The notes beneath the pieces were generated by a model. That model worked only from the letters and a program-made list of their open reading frames with translations, searched no databases and was not told the DNA's origin. A DNA stretch of 34,425 nt from a virus (taxonomy: Duplodnaviria; Caudoviricetes), in the IMG/VR virus record IMGVR_UViG_3300011441_000027, positions 1-34,425 of that record; one strand, given 5' to 3'. A program made the translations under genes and the position numbers. Position 1 is the stretch's first letter. The number at the start of each line of letters is the position of its first letter. Shown one piece after another: positions 33,770-34,425 of this stretch.

Positions 33770-34403
33770 ACGGGTACATCTCCACGAGCTTGGCGTAGTC
33801 GTCGGGGAATCTCTGCAGCAAGTAGTTGAGCGTGGCGGGATGAAAGTCTACGCCACCCTGCTCGCGGCGCCCGAATGTCGGCGGTCGCGTGATGCCATTC
33901 GCGCGCAGGTAGTTGAGCACATCCTGCCGACGCCAGTGCCCGATCGGGTACACGCGGCGCGCCTTCCAGTCCATCCGTGCGGTCTGACTGATGATCAACG
34001 CGCGGCTGCGCGAATCGTTGCGACGCCAGCCGTACGCGATCCACTCGACCCCGGTCTCCGCGCGGAAGCGCGCCTCCACGTCTGCCATGTCAACGCGCGG
34101 CACGCGGTCGAGCCCGCCCCAGTGCGGCTGCAACACGGCATGCTTGAAGACGCGCGACAGGTCGAAGTGCGGGTACATGCGCACGCCAATGCCGTAGCGC
34201 TTCTCGACGCGCGCACACAGCCTGCGGATCACTTCGAGCTCGGGCACGCGCCACAGGTAAAACGCGTCGACCCTGGTGAACTGCCGGCAGACGAGATCGA
34301 GCACGACGTGCGAATCCTTGCCCGCGCTGAACGCCACGCCTATGCGGTCGGTCTGCGCGCGGATGATGGCGAGCACCTCGCGAGCGCTGGCGATCATCCT
34401 CAC
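33558..34403 (-). CDS. PAPS-reductase-family (PP-loop) protein
   Basis: FSAGKDS PP-loop, GWRRNDSRSR, YPIGHW...DVLNYL; no Fe-S Cys cluster. Confidence 0.85.
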   Translation of the reverse strand: MRMIASAREVLAIIRAQTDRIGVAFSAGKDSHVVLDLVCRQFTRVDAFYLWRVPELEVIRRLCARVEKRYGIGVRMYPHFDLSRVFKHAVLQPHWGGLDRVPRVDMADVEARFRAETGVEWIAYGWRRNDSRSRALIISQTARMDWKARRVYPIGHWRRQDVLNYLRANGITRPPTFGRREQGGVDFHPATLNYLLQRFPDDYAKLVEMYPYAEAYRLSADLRGTREARGDQAAPAQPQANERGGAQETGARTRPLRVAGADHRKPKNGARARRSPASRVA

Positions 34404-34425
34404 GGCTCGCCGTCCTCGCGGGTCA

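Noticed and set aside
33558-34403. cysH auxiliary metabolic gene for sulfate assimilation
   Set aside because: Lacks the C-terminal ECGLH-type motif and Fe-S cysteines; context is ParB and terminase
1-34425. tRNA, rRNA or structured ncRNA genes
   Set aside because: Almost no intergenic space and no cloverleaf or T-loop signature noticed by eye; a covariance-model scan would be needed to exclude them

Overview
A GC-rich, densely coding segment of a tailed dsDNA phage (siphovirus-type; a two-component spanin points to a Gram-negative host). A long minus-strand late region (about 27.6 kb down to 6.5 kb) runs: Nu1-like small terminase, GpA-type large terminase, gpW-like head-tail protein, lambda-type portal with an unusual C-terminal extension, three extra virion-like genes, HK97 protease-capsid fusion, head-tail and tail genes with a G/GT -1 frameshift, tape measure, a 1430-aa tail-tip protein and a lysis cassette. 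At the left, a divergent switch (about 2550-2636) drives a Cro-like leftward operon (two paralogous unknown genes, VRR-NUC nuclease, possible Q-like gene) and a rightward operon (RecT-like, T5orf172/GIY-YIG, Gp157, J-domain protein). I see no CI repressor, integrase or replication genes in the window. The most striking structure is a 5.4-kb plus-strand island (MoxR-like AAA+ ATPase, DUF3150-like protein, HExxH-peptidase/VWA protein, small Zn-binding ORFs, HTH, ASCH). It sits between a PAPS-reductase/ParB pair and terS and is bounded by an 8-bp direct repeat whose removal would rejoin parB to terS. Its promoter carries the same GCAAC-N5-GTTGC palindrome as the Cro switch 25 kb away. All family assignments come from motif recognition by eye, with no database searches.
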